DNA from: an uncultured Candidatus Saccharibacteria bacterium
GTDB lineage: Bacteria > Patescibacteriota > Minisyncoccia > Phycocordibacterales > Phycocordibacteraceae
Length of the DNA: 64,000 nucleotides
Reading direction: 5' to 3'
Assembly: GCA_964371445.1 (NCBI GenBank)
Contig: CAYJLK010000002.1
Location: 43,718 to 107,717, forward strand
Below, one piece after another: positions 9,296 to 19,695 of this stretch (position 1 is the first letter of the stretch; the number at the start of each line of letters is the position of its first letter). Below the pieces are notes generated by a model that worked only from the letters and a program-made list of their open reading frames with translations, searched no databases and had not been told where the DNA came from. A program made the translations under genes and the position numbers.

Positions 9296-9910
9296 TTACG
9301 CAGAGACGACCTCGAGCAGGGTGCCGCGACGACCCGGTACGGCGCCGCTGACGATAATCTCGCCGGCCTTCGCGTCAACCGCGAGAACCTTGAGGTTCGT
9401 CACCGTCACGCGGTCGCTCCCCATGCGGCCAGCCATGCGGATGCCCTTGGCGACGCGACCGCCCGCGCGACCGCCGCTGCCTCCAATCGACCCCGGAGAG
9501 CGCTCGGTGTGCTTCTGCCCGTGAGAACGCGGACCGCCATGGAAGCCGTGGCGCTTCACGACACCGGCGAAGCCCTTGCCCTTCGTGAGACCAGAGACGC
9601 GCACGACATCGCCGACGGCGAAGATAGCGGCATCGATGATGGAACCGACTTCAGCCGATGTGTCTGCGCGGAATTCGCGAATTGCTTCGAAGCCCTTGCC
9701 CTTCGTGTGGCCCAAAACCGCCTTAGAGATATTCTTCGTGCGGCGTTCGCCCATGCCGACCTGAATAGCCGCGTAGGCATCCTTGCCCTCCTTCGTCTTG
9801 ACCTGCGTCACCGTGACCGGGTCGGTCAACAGAATAGTCCCCGCATAGGCGCGACCGTCCGTCCCGAAGATACGGGTCATTTTTTCTTTCTTGGCGAGGA
9901 TGAATTTCAT
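9296..9910 (-). CDS. rplC: 50S ribosomal protein L3
   Basis: 204 aa, MKFILAKKEKMTRIFGTDGRAYAGTILL..., GHTKGKGFEAI. Confidence 0.9.
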   Translation of the reverse strand: MKFILAKKEKMTRIFGTDGRAYAGTILLTDPVTVTQVKTKEGKDAYAAIQVGMGERRTKNISKAVLGHTKGKGFEAIREFRADTSAEVGSIIDAAIFAVGDVVRVSGLTKGKGFAGVVKRHGFHGGPRSHGQKHTERSPGSIGGSGGRAGGRVAKGIRMAGRMGSDRVTVTNLKVLAVDAKAGEIIVSGAVPGRRGTLLEVVSA

Positions 9911-10030
9911 TTTTTAAAGCAAAACGCGCGGATAGCAGACGCTCCGCGCGTTCTGCCATAGGTCCCTCGCACATTTCTCGGGACTTAGCGTTAGGGGCAC
10001 TCTACCCTACCGCTGCAAAAGATGCAAATC

Positions 10031-10546
10031 TTACTCCCTTCTGTCTCTTAGTTTGTTTCCCATATCTTTTCGAGCAATCTCAATCTGTTCTGGGGTGACG
10101 CGAAGCTCGCCCTTCACCTCTTCTGCTCCTGTCCTACGCATTTCTTCCTCAACGATACCTCGTGACTTCGTGTATGCTTCTTCACTCTGTTCCTTCTCCA
10201 TCTCTGCGCCCGAGGAGAAAAGCTTTGCCTCTTTCTTTAAAGCTTTTGCATTCAGAGCAGCACCCATTCCTGTGAAAATACCTCCAGCACCAGCTAAGGG
10301 GTTGCCGGTGAGGGTTGCCGCAACTCCAAGTGAAGTCGCGACGGCTGAAATTCCAAGTGAAGCCTTAGCCATGGTTCTCTTCTTTTTTGCGTCTATTTCC
10401 ATCTCCTTGCTATCTTCTGCACGCATGTCTCCAACATGAGCCGCCGTGACAAATTCTCTTCGCTTCTCTCTCGGAACGAATGGCTCGTCCTTTCTGTTTG
10501 GTATTTTTTCCATGCCCATGAGTATACCACCGGCAAAAACACACAA
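10031..10546 (-). CDS. hypothetical protein inserted between rpsJ and rplC
   Basis: 171 aa with a Gly/Ala-rich hydrophobic segment (ASLGISAVATSLGVAATLTGNPLAGAGGIFTGMGAAL) flanked by charged Lys/Glu-rich regions. No recognisable family. Local GC is visibly lower than the flanking ribosomal genes. Confidence 0.5.
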   Translation of the reverse strand: MCVFAGGILMGMEKIPNRKDEPFVPREKRREFVTAAHVGDMRAEDSKEMEIDAKKKRTMAKASLGISAVATSLGVAATLTGNPLAGAGGIFTGMGAALNAKALKKEAKLFSSGAEMEKEQSEEAYTKSRGIVEEEMRRTGAEEVKGELRVTPEQIEIARKDMGNKLRDRRE

Positions 10547-10641
10547 CCGCCCTTATGGGCGGTTGTGTTCCGCGGAGCCACGCCCGCTTATTGTTTAAGT
10601 TAGGACAGACTCGCAGCTTTTTGTGTTTTCTTGGTCGTCGC

Positions 10642-11058
10642 TTAAACCATTTTCACATCTATCGTGACGCCGCTTGGGAGATTGAGGTTCGTGAGGGCCT
10701 CGATTACCTTCGGGGAGGGGTTCATGATGTCGATGAGGCGCTTATGGACGCGCATCTCGAACTGCTCTCTCGCGTCCTTATGGACGAAGGTCGAGCGGTT
10801 GACTGTCCAACGCTTGATCTCGGTCGGAAGCGGCACAGGTCCGACGACCGTCGCGTCGAAACGCGCTGCGGTGTCCATAATCTGCTTTACCGAGAGATCG
10901 AGAATCTTGTGCTCATAGGCACGGACGCGGATGCGGAGCTTGTGCTCCACCGGGACCACTGCGGCTACCTTCTTCGCGGCGCGCTTGCCCTCCGTAGCTT
11001 TCGCGGAGGAGGACTTCGGAGCGGCCTTCGCTTTCGGTTTTGCTGTCGCTGTTGCCAT
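10642..11058 (-). CDS. rpsJ: 30S ribosomal protein S10 with Lys/Ala-rich N-terminal extension
   Basis: 138 aa versus about 102 typical. About 35 aa of KPKAKAAPKSSSAKATEGKRAAKK precede the S10 core (KLRIRVRAYEHKILDLSVKQIMD...). Confidence 0.9.
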   Translation of the reverse strand: MATATAKPKAKAAPKSSSAKATEGKRAAKKVAAVVPVEHKLRIRVRAYEHKILDLSVKQIMDTAARFDATVVGPVPLPTEIKRWTVNRSTFVHKDAREQFEMRVHKRLIDIMNPSPKVIEALTNLNLPSGVTIDVKMV

Positions 11059-11080
11059 ATGAGTAATAATCCAGCCTGGC

Positions 11081-12280
<1,200 letters not shown>

Positions 12281-12442
12281 ATCGGTTAATTTATTCTGTT
12301 AAATCACGAATAATTCCGACGTGAGTCGGAACAAACTCCTAAGCTTGCCGACTCACAAAAGCAGACAAGCCAAAGAGCGACGCCAAGATGCGTTACCTAT
12401 GAATGTACCCGAGCCCGCCTAAAAGTGCAAGAGTTTGGAAAA

Positions 12443-12470
12443 GAAAAAAGCGGAAGGGTTCCCTCCGCTT
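12443..12470 (-). terminator. rho-independent terminator for the minus-strand gene at 12495-12860
   Basis: Hairpin agcggaaggg-ttc-cctccgct preceded on the + strand by aaaaaa, which is the U-run on the minus strand. Confidence 0.5.
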
Positions 12471-12494
12471 TGTGGCGCCTCTGGCGCCGGTGCT

Positions 12495-12860
12495 TCATGC
12501 TTTTTTTGCCTCTTCCTTGGCTTTCGGCTTGACGGCTTCGGCCTTTGCCGGCTTCGCGTCGGCGGGCTTGGCGTCTTTTGCCTTCTTGACCTTCTTGGCC
12601 TTTTTCGCCTTCTTGTCTTTCTTGACTTCTTTCTTGTCGACCTTGGCGACCGCAGTCTTGGCGACGGCCTGGGACTTGTCGGCCTTGGCTGCAGCGAGCG
12701 TCGGCGCCGGCGTTGGCGGCTTGACGGTCACGGCCTTGACGGTGGCGGTCTGGGTCTTACCGTCCTGGGCGGCGGCGGCCGGCAGGGCGAGGGCGGAAGC
12801 TATGGCGATGGACGAAAGGAACAATAATGTGCGTTTCACTTGAACCTCCTTTGGGAACAC
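12495..12860 (-). CDS. small secreted Lys/Ala-rich low-complexity protein (histone H1-like tail composition)
   Basis: 121 aa. Signal peptide MFPKEVQVKRTLLFLSSIAIASALALPAAAAQ, then KKAKKAKKVKKAKDAKPADAKPAKAEAVKPKAKEEAKKA. Confidence 0.55.
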   Translation of the reverse strand: MFPKEVQVKRTLLFLSSIAIASALALPAAAAQDGKTQTATVKAVTVKPPTPAPTLAAAKADKSQAVAKTAVAKVDKKEVKKDKKAKKAKKVKKAKDAKPADAKPAKAEAVKPKAKEEAKKA

Positions 12861-12984
12861 CCAACAATTATGGGTACCCCGGATACTACACCTCTTTTGT
12901 TCCTTGTAAAGGACCCTTCGAACACAGCGGCCGCCCCCCCGGGCGGCCGCTGTGTGTGCATAAGGATATGCTAGTCTTTATGTT

Positions 12985-13167
12985 ATGGAGATATTGATTG
13001 GCTTGGTTCTGGCGATTTTAGGAATTCCGCTCTTAGTATTTGGGATTCTGATGTTTATTAAATCGGACGGTTGGCTCTTTTTCACTAAAGCACTATTAGT
13101 AATCCTCATTGGTCTCTTGTTATCCACGACATCCTTTGTATTTCTGAGCGACGGGTTTGGGTTTTGA
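12985..13167 (+). CDS. tiny two-TM membrane protein
   Basis: 60 aa, almost entirely hydrophobic (ILIGLVLAILGIPLLVFGILMF ... ALLVILIGLLLSTTSFVFL). Lies in an AT-rich patch. Confidence 0.4.
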   Translation: MEILIGLVLAILGIPLLVFGILMFIKSDGWLFFTKALLVILIGLLLSTTSFVFLSDGFGF

Positions 13168-13191
13168 TGGAATTTCTTACTTACTACTTAA

Positions 13192-13491
13192 ATGAATACT
13201 GAAATTCGTAATGCCATAATTAAGTTGTTCGACAAACATGCGAGTCGTTCTCAAGATTGGTTAGTGTCGGAGATTCGTGATTTGGGGTTAGTCGATACAG
13301 ATGGTAGAGAAGTTGTCCGAACAATAGGGTTGATGGAAGATGCGGGAGAATTGCAGAAATTAGATATAGGGGTTTATCGACTTACTCTCAAAGCGATAGA
13401 AGCAGAGGCTCCTTGGTTACAAAAATGCAAAAATTATATAATCAAGAATTGGCTCGCTTTAGTGGCACTGATTATCGCCCTATTTAAGTAA
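13192..13491 (+). CDS. hypothetical small protein with C-terminal TM anchor
   Basis: 99 aa ending NWLALVALIIALFK; AT-rich; no recognisable domain. Confidence 0.45.
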   Translation: MNTEIRNAIIKLFDKHASRSQDWLVSEIRDLGLVDTDGREVVRTIGLMEDAGELQKLDIGVYRLTLKAIEAEAPWLQKCKNYIIKNWLALVALIIALFK

Positions 13492-13509
13492 CGCGGTTTT
13501 TGAAGCCTT

Positions 13510-15657
13510 TTATTTGCGCGATGCGATGATGTCGTCCGCGACGTTCTTCGGGACCGTATCATAATGATCGAACTCCATCGTCATCGAGCCACGGCCTTCG
13601 GTCATCGAGCGAAGCGTGGTGGTGTAGCCGAACATTTCAGAAAGCGGGACCTTCGCGTGGACTACCTTGTTCATGCCGCGCTCTTCCATACCTTCTATCT
13701 GAGCGCGCTTGCCGGAGAGATTGCCGGTGATGTCGCCCATGAACTGATCCGGCACGATGACTTCGACGCGCATGATCGGTTCGAGGATGACCGGCTTCGC
13801 CTTCTGTGCCGCTTCCTTAAACGCCATCGAAGCCGCAATCTTGAAGGCGATTTCCGACGAGTCGACATCGTGGTAACTGCCGTCGTAGAGGTCGACTGAG
13901 ACGTCGACCATCGGGAAGCCGGCGAGGAAGCCGCGCGACATCGCTTCGCGGAGCCCCTTCTCCACTGGTGTGATGAACTCCTGAGGAATGACACCGCCCT
14001 TGATGTTGTTGATGAATTCGAAATGATCCTCGCGCATGACGTTCTTTGCAACCTTCTTCTCCGGATCCACCGGTTCCATCTTTTTCATGCGGATCTTCAC
14101 ATGACCATACTGGCCGCGGCCGCCGGTCTGCTTGATGTACTTCCCTTCCGCCTCCGAAGATCCGAGAATCGTCTCGCGATACGCCACTTGCGGCTTTCCT
14201 ACATCGGCAACAACGTTGAACTCGCGCTTCATACGGTCGACGAGAATTTCCAAATGCAGTTCGCCCATGCCTGAGATGATGGTCTCGTTCGTCTCTTCAT
14301 CAGTCTTGATGCGGAAGGTCGGGTCCTCATCCGAGAGCTTGCGTAGCGCAACACCCATCTTCTCCTGATCGGCCTTGGTCTTGGGCTCGATGCGAAGCGA
14401 TACCACCGGCTCGGGGAACTTGATCTCCTCGAGCATGATCGGATTCGCTTCATCGCAGAGCGTGTGCGACGTTTTCGTATCTTTGAGGCCGACGGCGGCG
14501 GCAATCTCGCCCGTGAACACCTGGGAGACTTCTTCGCGCTTATCGGCCTGGAGCCGGACGATGCGGCTAATGCGCTCTTTAGAGCCTGTCGTCGAGTTAT
14601 AGACGTACGAGCCGGCGGTGAGCGTGCCCGAATACACACGGAAGAAGGTCAGCGCGCCGACGAACGGGTCGGTCTGGAGCTTGAAGGCGAGCGCGCAGAA
14701 CGGCTCGTCGTCGTTTGCATGGCGTTCGATCGGCTCACCGGTCTTCGGGTTCGTGCCGGTGGCGGGCGGGAGGTCGAGCGGAGACGGGAGATAGTCGACG
14801 ACGGCGTCGAGCACGAGCTGGACGCCTTTGTTCTTAAGCGCCGAGCCCGTGTATACCGGGAAGACTTCGTTTGCGATGACCGCCTTGCGTAATATATTTT
14901 TCAATTCATCCACGCTCGGCTCTGTGCCCTCGAGGTACGCGCCCATCGCGGCATCATCGTTCTCGACGATGCGTTCGACGAGCTCGGCACGATACTTCTT
15001 CGCGTCTTCGAGAAGATTCGCCGGTATGTCCCCTTCGATGACATCCTCACCCATATTCCCCGAAAAGGTATATGCCTTCATCGTGAGCAGGTCGACGCAC
15101 CCTTCATGTGCGGACTCTTCGCCGATAGGGATCTGCATGCGAATAGCCTTCGGCGAGAGCCGATCGAGGATGCTCGCGTAGGAACGCTCGAAGGATGCTC
15201 CCGTGCGATCGAGCTTGTTGATGAAGCAGACACGCGGCACCTGAGCCTCGTCGGCATAACGCCAGTTGGTCTCGGACTGCGGCTCCACGCCCGCGACACC
15301 GTCGAAGACGACGATAGCACCGTCAAGCACGCGCATCGAGCGCTTCACTTCAGCAGTGAAATCGATATGTCCCGGCGTGTCGATAACATTGAAACGGAAT
15401 TTCTTCGCCGTATCCTTCTTGTCCTTCTCGCCCGTCTTCGTCCAGAAACAGGTGATAGCGGCGGCGGTGATGGTGATGCCGCGTTCGCGCTCCTGTTCCA
15501 TCCAGTCGGTGGTCGTCTCGCCCTCATGCACCTCGCCGATCTTGTGCTGAGAACCCGTATAGAAAAGGACGCGCTCGCTGGTGGTCGTCTTCCCCGCGTC
15601 AATGTGCGCGATGATGCCGAAATTGCGTACTTTCTCGAGCGGATAGTCTCTGTTCAT
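13510..15657 (-). CDS. fusA: elongation factor G
   Basis: Trimmed to [26 protein letters not shown] (ATG at 15657). Full EF-G domain set through the C-terminus. Confidence 0.93.
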   Translation of the reverse strand: MNRDYPLEKVRNFGIIAHIDAGKTTTSERVLFYTGSQHKIGEVHEGETTTDWMEQERERGITITAAAITCFWTKTGEKDKKDTAKKFRFNVIDTPGHIDFTAEVKRSMRVLDGAIVVFDGVAGVEPQSETNWRYADEAQVPRVCFINKLDRTGASFERSYASILDRLSPKAIRMQIPIGEESAHEGCVDLLTMKAYTFSGNMGEDVIEGDIPANLLEDAKKYRAELVERIVENDDAAMGAYLEGTEPSVDELKNILRKAVIANEVFPVYTGSALKNKGVQLVLDAVVDYLPSPLDLPPATGTNPKTGEPIERHANDDEPFCALAFKLQTDPFVGALTFFRVYSGTLTAGSYVYNSTTGSKERISRIVRLQADKREEVSQVFTGEIAAAVGLKDTKTSHTLCDEANPIMLEEIKFPEPVVSLRIEPKTKADQEKMGVALRKLSDEDPTFRIKTDEETNETIISGMGELHLEILVDRMKREFNVVADVGKPQVAYRETILGSSEAEGKYIKQTGGRGQYGHVKIRMKKMEPVDPEKKVAKNVMREDHFEFINNIKGGVIPQEFITPVEKGLREAMSRGFLAGFPMVDVSVDLYDGSYHDVDSSEIAFKIAASMAFKEAAQKAKPVILEPIMRVEVIVPDQFMGDITGNLSGKRAQIEGMEERGMNKVVHAKVPLSEMFGYTTTLRSMTEGRGSMTMEFDHYDTVPKNVADDIIASRK

Positions 15658-15786
15658 AAAATGGGTAAAAAATAAAAGCGCCGTGGCGTTATTGCTAAGA
15701 CTACTACCAAACGAGCTGAGTGACAAATGCGTGTCTGCACATATTTGTCCGAAGCGAGTGCAGGGAGGAAGCTCGGCTCTGCGAGC

Positions 15787-16251
15787 TTACCAAGCGAAAT
15801 GGGCAAAGGCCTTGTTCGCGTCCGCCATGCGGTGCATCTCATCCTTCTTCTTGATCGCGTCGCCTTCGTTCTTGGCGGCGAGGAGAAGTTCGGCGGCGAG
15901 CTTCTCGGCCATCGGCTTCCCTTTCTTCGCGCGCGCAGCGCCGATGAGCCAGCGGAAGGAGAGCGCCAGGCGGCGGGACTGCGGGACTTCACGTGGCACC
16001 TGGTAGTTGGCGCCGCCGACGCGGCGGGAACGCACTTCCATAAGCGGCGAGACGTTGCGAAGCGCGGATTCAAACGTCTCAAGCGGGTTTGCACCGCCCT
16101 TCTCTATCTCAGCGAGAGCGCCATAGACAACAGCGCGTGCCGTATCCTTCTTCCCGCTCCACATAACGGCATTGATGAAACGAGTCAGCGTCTCAGAACC
16201 GTACTTGAGGTCCGGTCGCCAGGTGCGCTTTTTCTTTAACGGACGTCTCAT
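15787..16251 (-). CDS. rpsG: 30S ribosomal protein S7
   Basis: Trimmed to MRRPLKKKRTWRPDLKYGSETLTRFINAVMWSGKK.... The start overlaps the S12 stop. Confidence 0.9.
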   Translation of the reverse strand: MRRPLKKKRTWRPDLKYGSETLTRFINAVMWSGKKDTARAVVYGALAEIEKGGANPLETFESALRNVSPLMEVRSRRVGGANYQVPREVPQSRRLALSFRWLIGAARAKKGKPMAEKLAAELLLAAKNEGDAIKKKDEMHRMADANKAFAHFAW

Positions 16252-16252
16252 A

Positions 16253-16660
16253 TTACTTCGGGCGCTTCGCACCGTAACGCGAACGCGAACGACGGCGCTT
16301 CTCGATGCCGCTCGTGTCGAGCTTGCCGCGTATAATGGTGTACTGCACGCCGATATCCTTCACGCGGCCGCCGCGAAGCATCACCACCGAGTGTTCCTGG
16401 AGGTTGTGCCCTTCGCCGGGGATGTAGGCCGTAACTTCCATCCCGTTCGTGAGGCGGACACGGGCGATCTTGCGGATAGCGGAGTTCGGCTTTCTCGGGG
16501 TCTTCGTCGTCACCTTGGTGCAGACGCCGCGCTTGAAGGGAGAGGGATAGAACGTCGGACGATTCGAGAGTGCATTAAAACCGCGAGCAAGCGCCGGCTT
16601 GCTCGTCTTCGACGATTTCGACTTGCGGCCCTTCTTGGAGAGCTGATTGATGGTAGACAT
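16253..16660 (-). CDS. rpsL: 30S ribosomal protein S12
   Basis: Trimmed to [17 protein letters not shown]... (ATG at 16660). The ORF-track upstream extension is Arg/Pro-rich read-through. Confidence 0.9.
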   Translation of the reverse strand: MSTINQLSKKGRKSKSSKTSKPALARGFNALSNRPTFYPSPFKRGVCTKVTTKTPRKPNSAIRKIARVRLTNGMEVTAYIPGEGHNLQEHSVVMLRGGRVKDIGVQYTIIRGKLDTSGIEKRRRSRSRYGAKRPK

Positions 16661-16730
16661 GTATTTGAAAACCCGCGAACGCGGGATAGAGGCACTATAT
16701 ATAATAGTGCGACAGAACGCAACTCCGACG

Positions 16731-17525
16731 CTAGTGGTCAATAGGTTCGCGGTATGGATCAACGCTATAGGGTTTGGCCGGAGCGGGGGGCTCTGCGGGA
16801 GTCGAAGGGACGGTCTTCGGCGAAGCCGATGATTCGACTTTGGGAACGACCACGAAAGGGGCGCGGGCTCCGGCGGGGATAGGGCGCGGCTGAATCGGCG
16901 CGGCTTTCGGAATGTGAGGTTCGACCTTGGGTAATATGGGCGAAGGTCGAACCTCGGGGACCGCGACCGATGGCATCGCACCTGGAAGATTCGCCTGCGG
17001 CGCAGGAGGCATTGACGCCTGCTTAAACTCGATATGCGGCTCTTCATGGTCCTCGAGCATCCTGTTATTCGGCGTCATCGTGACGGCGGCCAGCACATCT
17101 CGCAGAGCGGGTCGTTTGCTCACTCCAGCGGGAATCTTATTTTCCAAATGAAAATGGCTCGGAGGCTGCACAGCCGGCTGAGGCGCATTCCCCATACCAT
17201 TCTTCCTCTCTTCTTCCTGCAGCGGAACAAAAATCTGACTATTCACGTCCCGCACGATACCGTTAATAACTTGTTGGCCGAGTTGAGCTTCATCGGTGAG
17301 CACTTTAATGAATTCGTCGGGGTTCTCGATGCCCATCAGGAGCAGCATAATCTCCCGCTCGAGCACTCCCGCCTGATCGATGCGGAGCGCGTACTTCGCC
17401 ATCAATCCCCGCGCGACCACCGTATACTTCCCTTGTACAAGGTACGCGCGTATCACCGGCGGCAAGGTCTGCATCACCTGCTTGATGCTTTCTTCGAGTG
17501 TCAGTTCCGATTGGTCTTGGTTCAT
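16731..17525 (-). CDS. hypothetical protein with a structured N-domain and Pro-rich C-terminal tail
   Basis: 264 aa. The C-term [46 protein letters not shown] is Pro-rich. Co-oriented with and 7 nt downstream of the 720-aa gene, 70 nt upstream of rpsL. Confidence 0.55.
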   Translation of the reverse strand: MNQDQSELTLEESIKQVMQTLPPVIRAYLVQGKYTVVARGLMAKYALRIDQAGVLEREIMLLLMGIENPDEFIKVLTDEAQLGQQVINGIVRDVNSQIFVPLQEEERKNGMGNAPQPAVQPPSHFHLENKIPAGVSKRPALRDVLAAVTMTPNNRMLEDHEEPHIEFKQASMPPAPQANLPGAMPSVAVPEVRPSPILPKVEPHIPKAAPIQPRPIPAGARAPFVVVPKVESSASPKTVPSTPAEPPAPAKPYSVDPYREPIDH

Positions 17526-17532
17526 AGTTTAA

Positions 17533-19695
17533 TTAGTGCGCGCCTTCGGGCTTCGGCGGCTCCTCTTTCTTTTCCTCTACTGGTTTCTCGCTTCCAGATT
17601 TCTCTTCAACATCTTCCAGTTCTTTCGCCATTTTTTTCGCTGCATCGAGGAACTTATCTTTGGTCGGTTTTTCTTTCAAAGATTCCTTAATCTTCCGTGC
17701 CGCAGCTGAGCTATCGGGGCCGTAGGTGATAAAGGTCACCGGATTAAGCGGGATGCTAATACCCTCAGCATAGGCAGTCTTGCTCGCCTTTATTGCACCA
17801 CTCAACCTGTCTTTTGGAGCTTTTTCTGCCGCCTCGTTCGCCTTCTTTGCACTAGTTTCTGCGACTGCAGCAGCTTCGAGGTCTTTTGCGGCCGCACCAA
17901 GTTTCGAAGTCACTGTAGCAAAGTTCGTCTTAACCAATTCGAGATTCTGTTGTGCCGCCCGAAGAGCAGAACCGACACTCGAGGGTCGCCCAGCGGTTCT
18001 ATCGGCCTTGTCTATAGCTGAAAGTCGTGCAACTTCGGCTTCGTTCCGTCTCATCACCACCTCCGCAGCGTCATACTCTTGCCGCGTCTTATTCTTTAAT
18101 CCCTCGGCTGTTCCTTTCGCCCTTGTCGCATCTTCGAGCGTCTTTTTCGCTTGCGCAATGCTTGTCAACTCAGACGAAGTCTCTCGGTGAGCGTCTTTGT
18201 GGGCAGTTTCAATATACTTCGCTTCCTCTTCATGCGCCTTGATGTTCTTGTTGCGGGCTTCTACGAAACCTCCCTTCTGCGCCTCTCCAGCTTCAATGCC
18301 GCCGCCGGGGAACTTCTTCAGCGCACCCGACCCGCGTATATCAAAGCTCCCTGTTGCAACATGATCGAGAGTTCCTGTCATCACGCGGCCTGTGAGCGCG
18401 TTTACCTTGTTGAACGTCTTGCTCTGCCTCAATCCACGAGAAGCAAAATATGCGCCTCGTCCGAGAGTCCGGTTCACTCCCCACGCGGTGGCACCGAAGG
18501 TGAGCGCCCCGGCGCTCTTCGACGCCCAGCCGGCGCCGGCGGCAGAGAGCTTCTTCGAGAAGAGGACGACGGCGAGCAGGAGCCCCATCGCGACGAAGAA
18601 GGAGAGCATCATGCTCGCGAAGCCGGCGAAGTTCCCTGACACGTAACCAAGCCAATTCGAGGAACAGGAAGTGTTCGTGGAACCCGCAGACGGTTGACAG
18701 AGGCCGGTGAGAAAATTGACGTCCGTGATGACGGCGAGCGCGATATAGAGCGTGAGGAGCAGGACGGGCGCAGTGATGGTCTGCTCGGCGAGCTCGCTCC
18801 ACCACTTCTTCGCCTGAGCTTCGAGCTTGGGCACGGCGAGCCCCGCGAAGCCGACCGGCGAGAGAATGATGAGGAAGATGAGCACAACAAACCGCGCAAT
18901 AAGAATGAAGGCGAGCGAGAACATCACGAACGCGGTGATGATAAAGAGCAGGATGCCCATGAAGCCGATGATCCAGGAATTCCCGGCCTTGAATACCGAT
19001 GTGTTCGTCCTTACATCATAAAGAGTCTGGAGTCCGAGCTGACCCATGATCTTGTTGCTGATCCCCTCACTTGAGGGAGACATGCTGTTCATGTCTTGAG
19101 GGGTCGGTAGCTTGCCGCCGTTAATCTGCGTATAGAATTGTGTCGCGAAGAGGTTGCCAGTGTCGATAATTGCTTCAGATATAAAAAGGGAAAAATTGAG
19201 GAAGACTGCGGCGATGAGCATCATGGGGATCATCTTCTTCCCCCATCCGTAGAGGTCGTAATTGATGATTGTCGCGATGCCGGCGAAGAGGAAGCCGAAG
19301 ATGAGCATGATGTTCCCGATGTCGCGAAGGATGCGCCAGGTGACACCAATGGCGGAGAGGTTATTCACATAGTCCCCCATCGTGACGACGGTGTAGTAGA
19401 CCGCGTAGTTGAGGGTGACGGCCGCGACGCCGACGAGCCACGCGAAGAGGCTCATGATCCAGATCATCACCTGGCTGAACCCTTCGCTGTTGTCGGGGTT
19501 CTTCGGCAAGTCGGTTGCTGTCTTTGCGGCTTCTGCGAATCCGCTGACTGCGGCCTGATTAGCTTGTTGTTCAGTAAGGGGGCTGTCGACCAGGGCTTCG
19601 AACTGCGCATGCGCGGCGGGCGCTAATGCGCCCGCCGTCATGACGAGCGAGAGAGCGGCGAATGAAATAAGAAAGAAATGTCGCATATCAGCCAC
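17533..19695 (-). CDS. polytopic membrane protein, VirB6/TrbL-like architecture: signal peptide, about 6 TM helices, long coiled-coil C-terminal domain
   Basis: 720 aa. N-term signal MADMRHFFLISFAALSLVMTAGALAPAAHAQ, multiple hydrophobic helices over aa 70-420, then about 250 aa Lys/Glu/Ala-rich coiled coil (KNIKAHEEEAKYIETAHKDAHRE...). The family call rests on architecture only. Confidence 0.6.
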   Translation of the reverse strand: MADMRHFFLISFAALSLVMTAGALAPAAHAQFEALVDSPLTEQQANQAAVSGFAEAAKTATDLPKNPDNSEGFSQVMIWIMSLFAWLVGVAAVTLNYAVYYTVVTMGDYVNNLSAIGVTWRILRDIGNIMLIFGFLFAGIATIINYDLYGWGKKMIPMMLIAAVFLNFSLFISEAIIDTGNLFATQFYTQINGGKLPTPQDMNSMSPSSEGISNKIMGQLGLQTLYDVRTNTSVFKAGNSWIIGFMGILLFIITAFVMFSLAFILIARFVVLIFLIILSPVGFAGLAVPKLEAQAKKWWSELAEQTITAPVLLLTLYIALAVITDVNFLTGLCQPSAGSTNTSCSSNWLGYVSGNFAGFASMMLSFFVAMGLLLAVVLFSKKLSAAGAGWASKSAGALTFGATAWGVNRTLGRGAYFASRGLRQSKTFNKVNALTGRVMTGTLDHVATGSFDIRGSGALKKFPGGGIEAGEAQKGGFVEARNKNIKAHEEEAKYIETAHKDAHRETSSELTSIAQAKKTLEDATRAKGTAEGLKNKTRQEYDAAEVVMRRNEAEVARLSAIDKADRTAGRPSSVGSALRAAQQNLELVKTNFATVTSKLGAAAKDLEAAAVAETSAKKANEAAEKAPKDRLSGAIKASKTAYAEGISIPLNPVTFITYGPDSSAAARKIKESLKEKPTKDKFLDAAKKMAKELEDVEEKSGSEKPVEEKKEEPPKPEGAH

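Noticed and set aside
8578-9378. 266-aa L4 ORF, and similarly extended ORF-track starts for S8, L24, fusA, S12, clpP, pilB, xerD, xth, tpiA, sodA, HIT and the DksA-like gene
   Set aside because: The upstream extensions overlap the preceding gene or run through promoter regions and lack family similarity. They were trimmed to internal ATG/GTG codons that match canonical N-termini.
12495-12860. Tandem DNA repeat or CRISPR-like array suspected from the KKAKKAKK periodicity
   Set aside because: The periodicity is at the codon level inside a signal-peptide ORF, with no spacer-repeat structure. No CRISPR repeats were found anywhere in the window.
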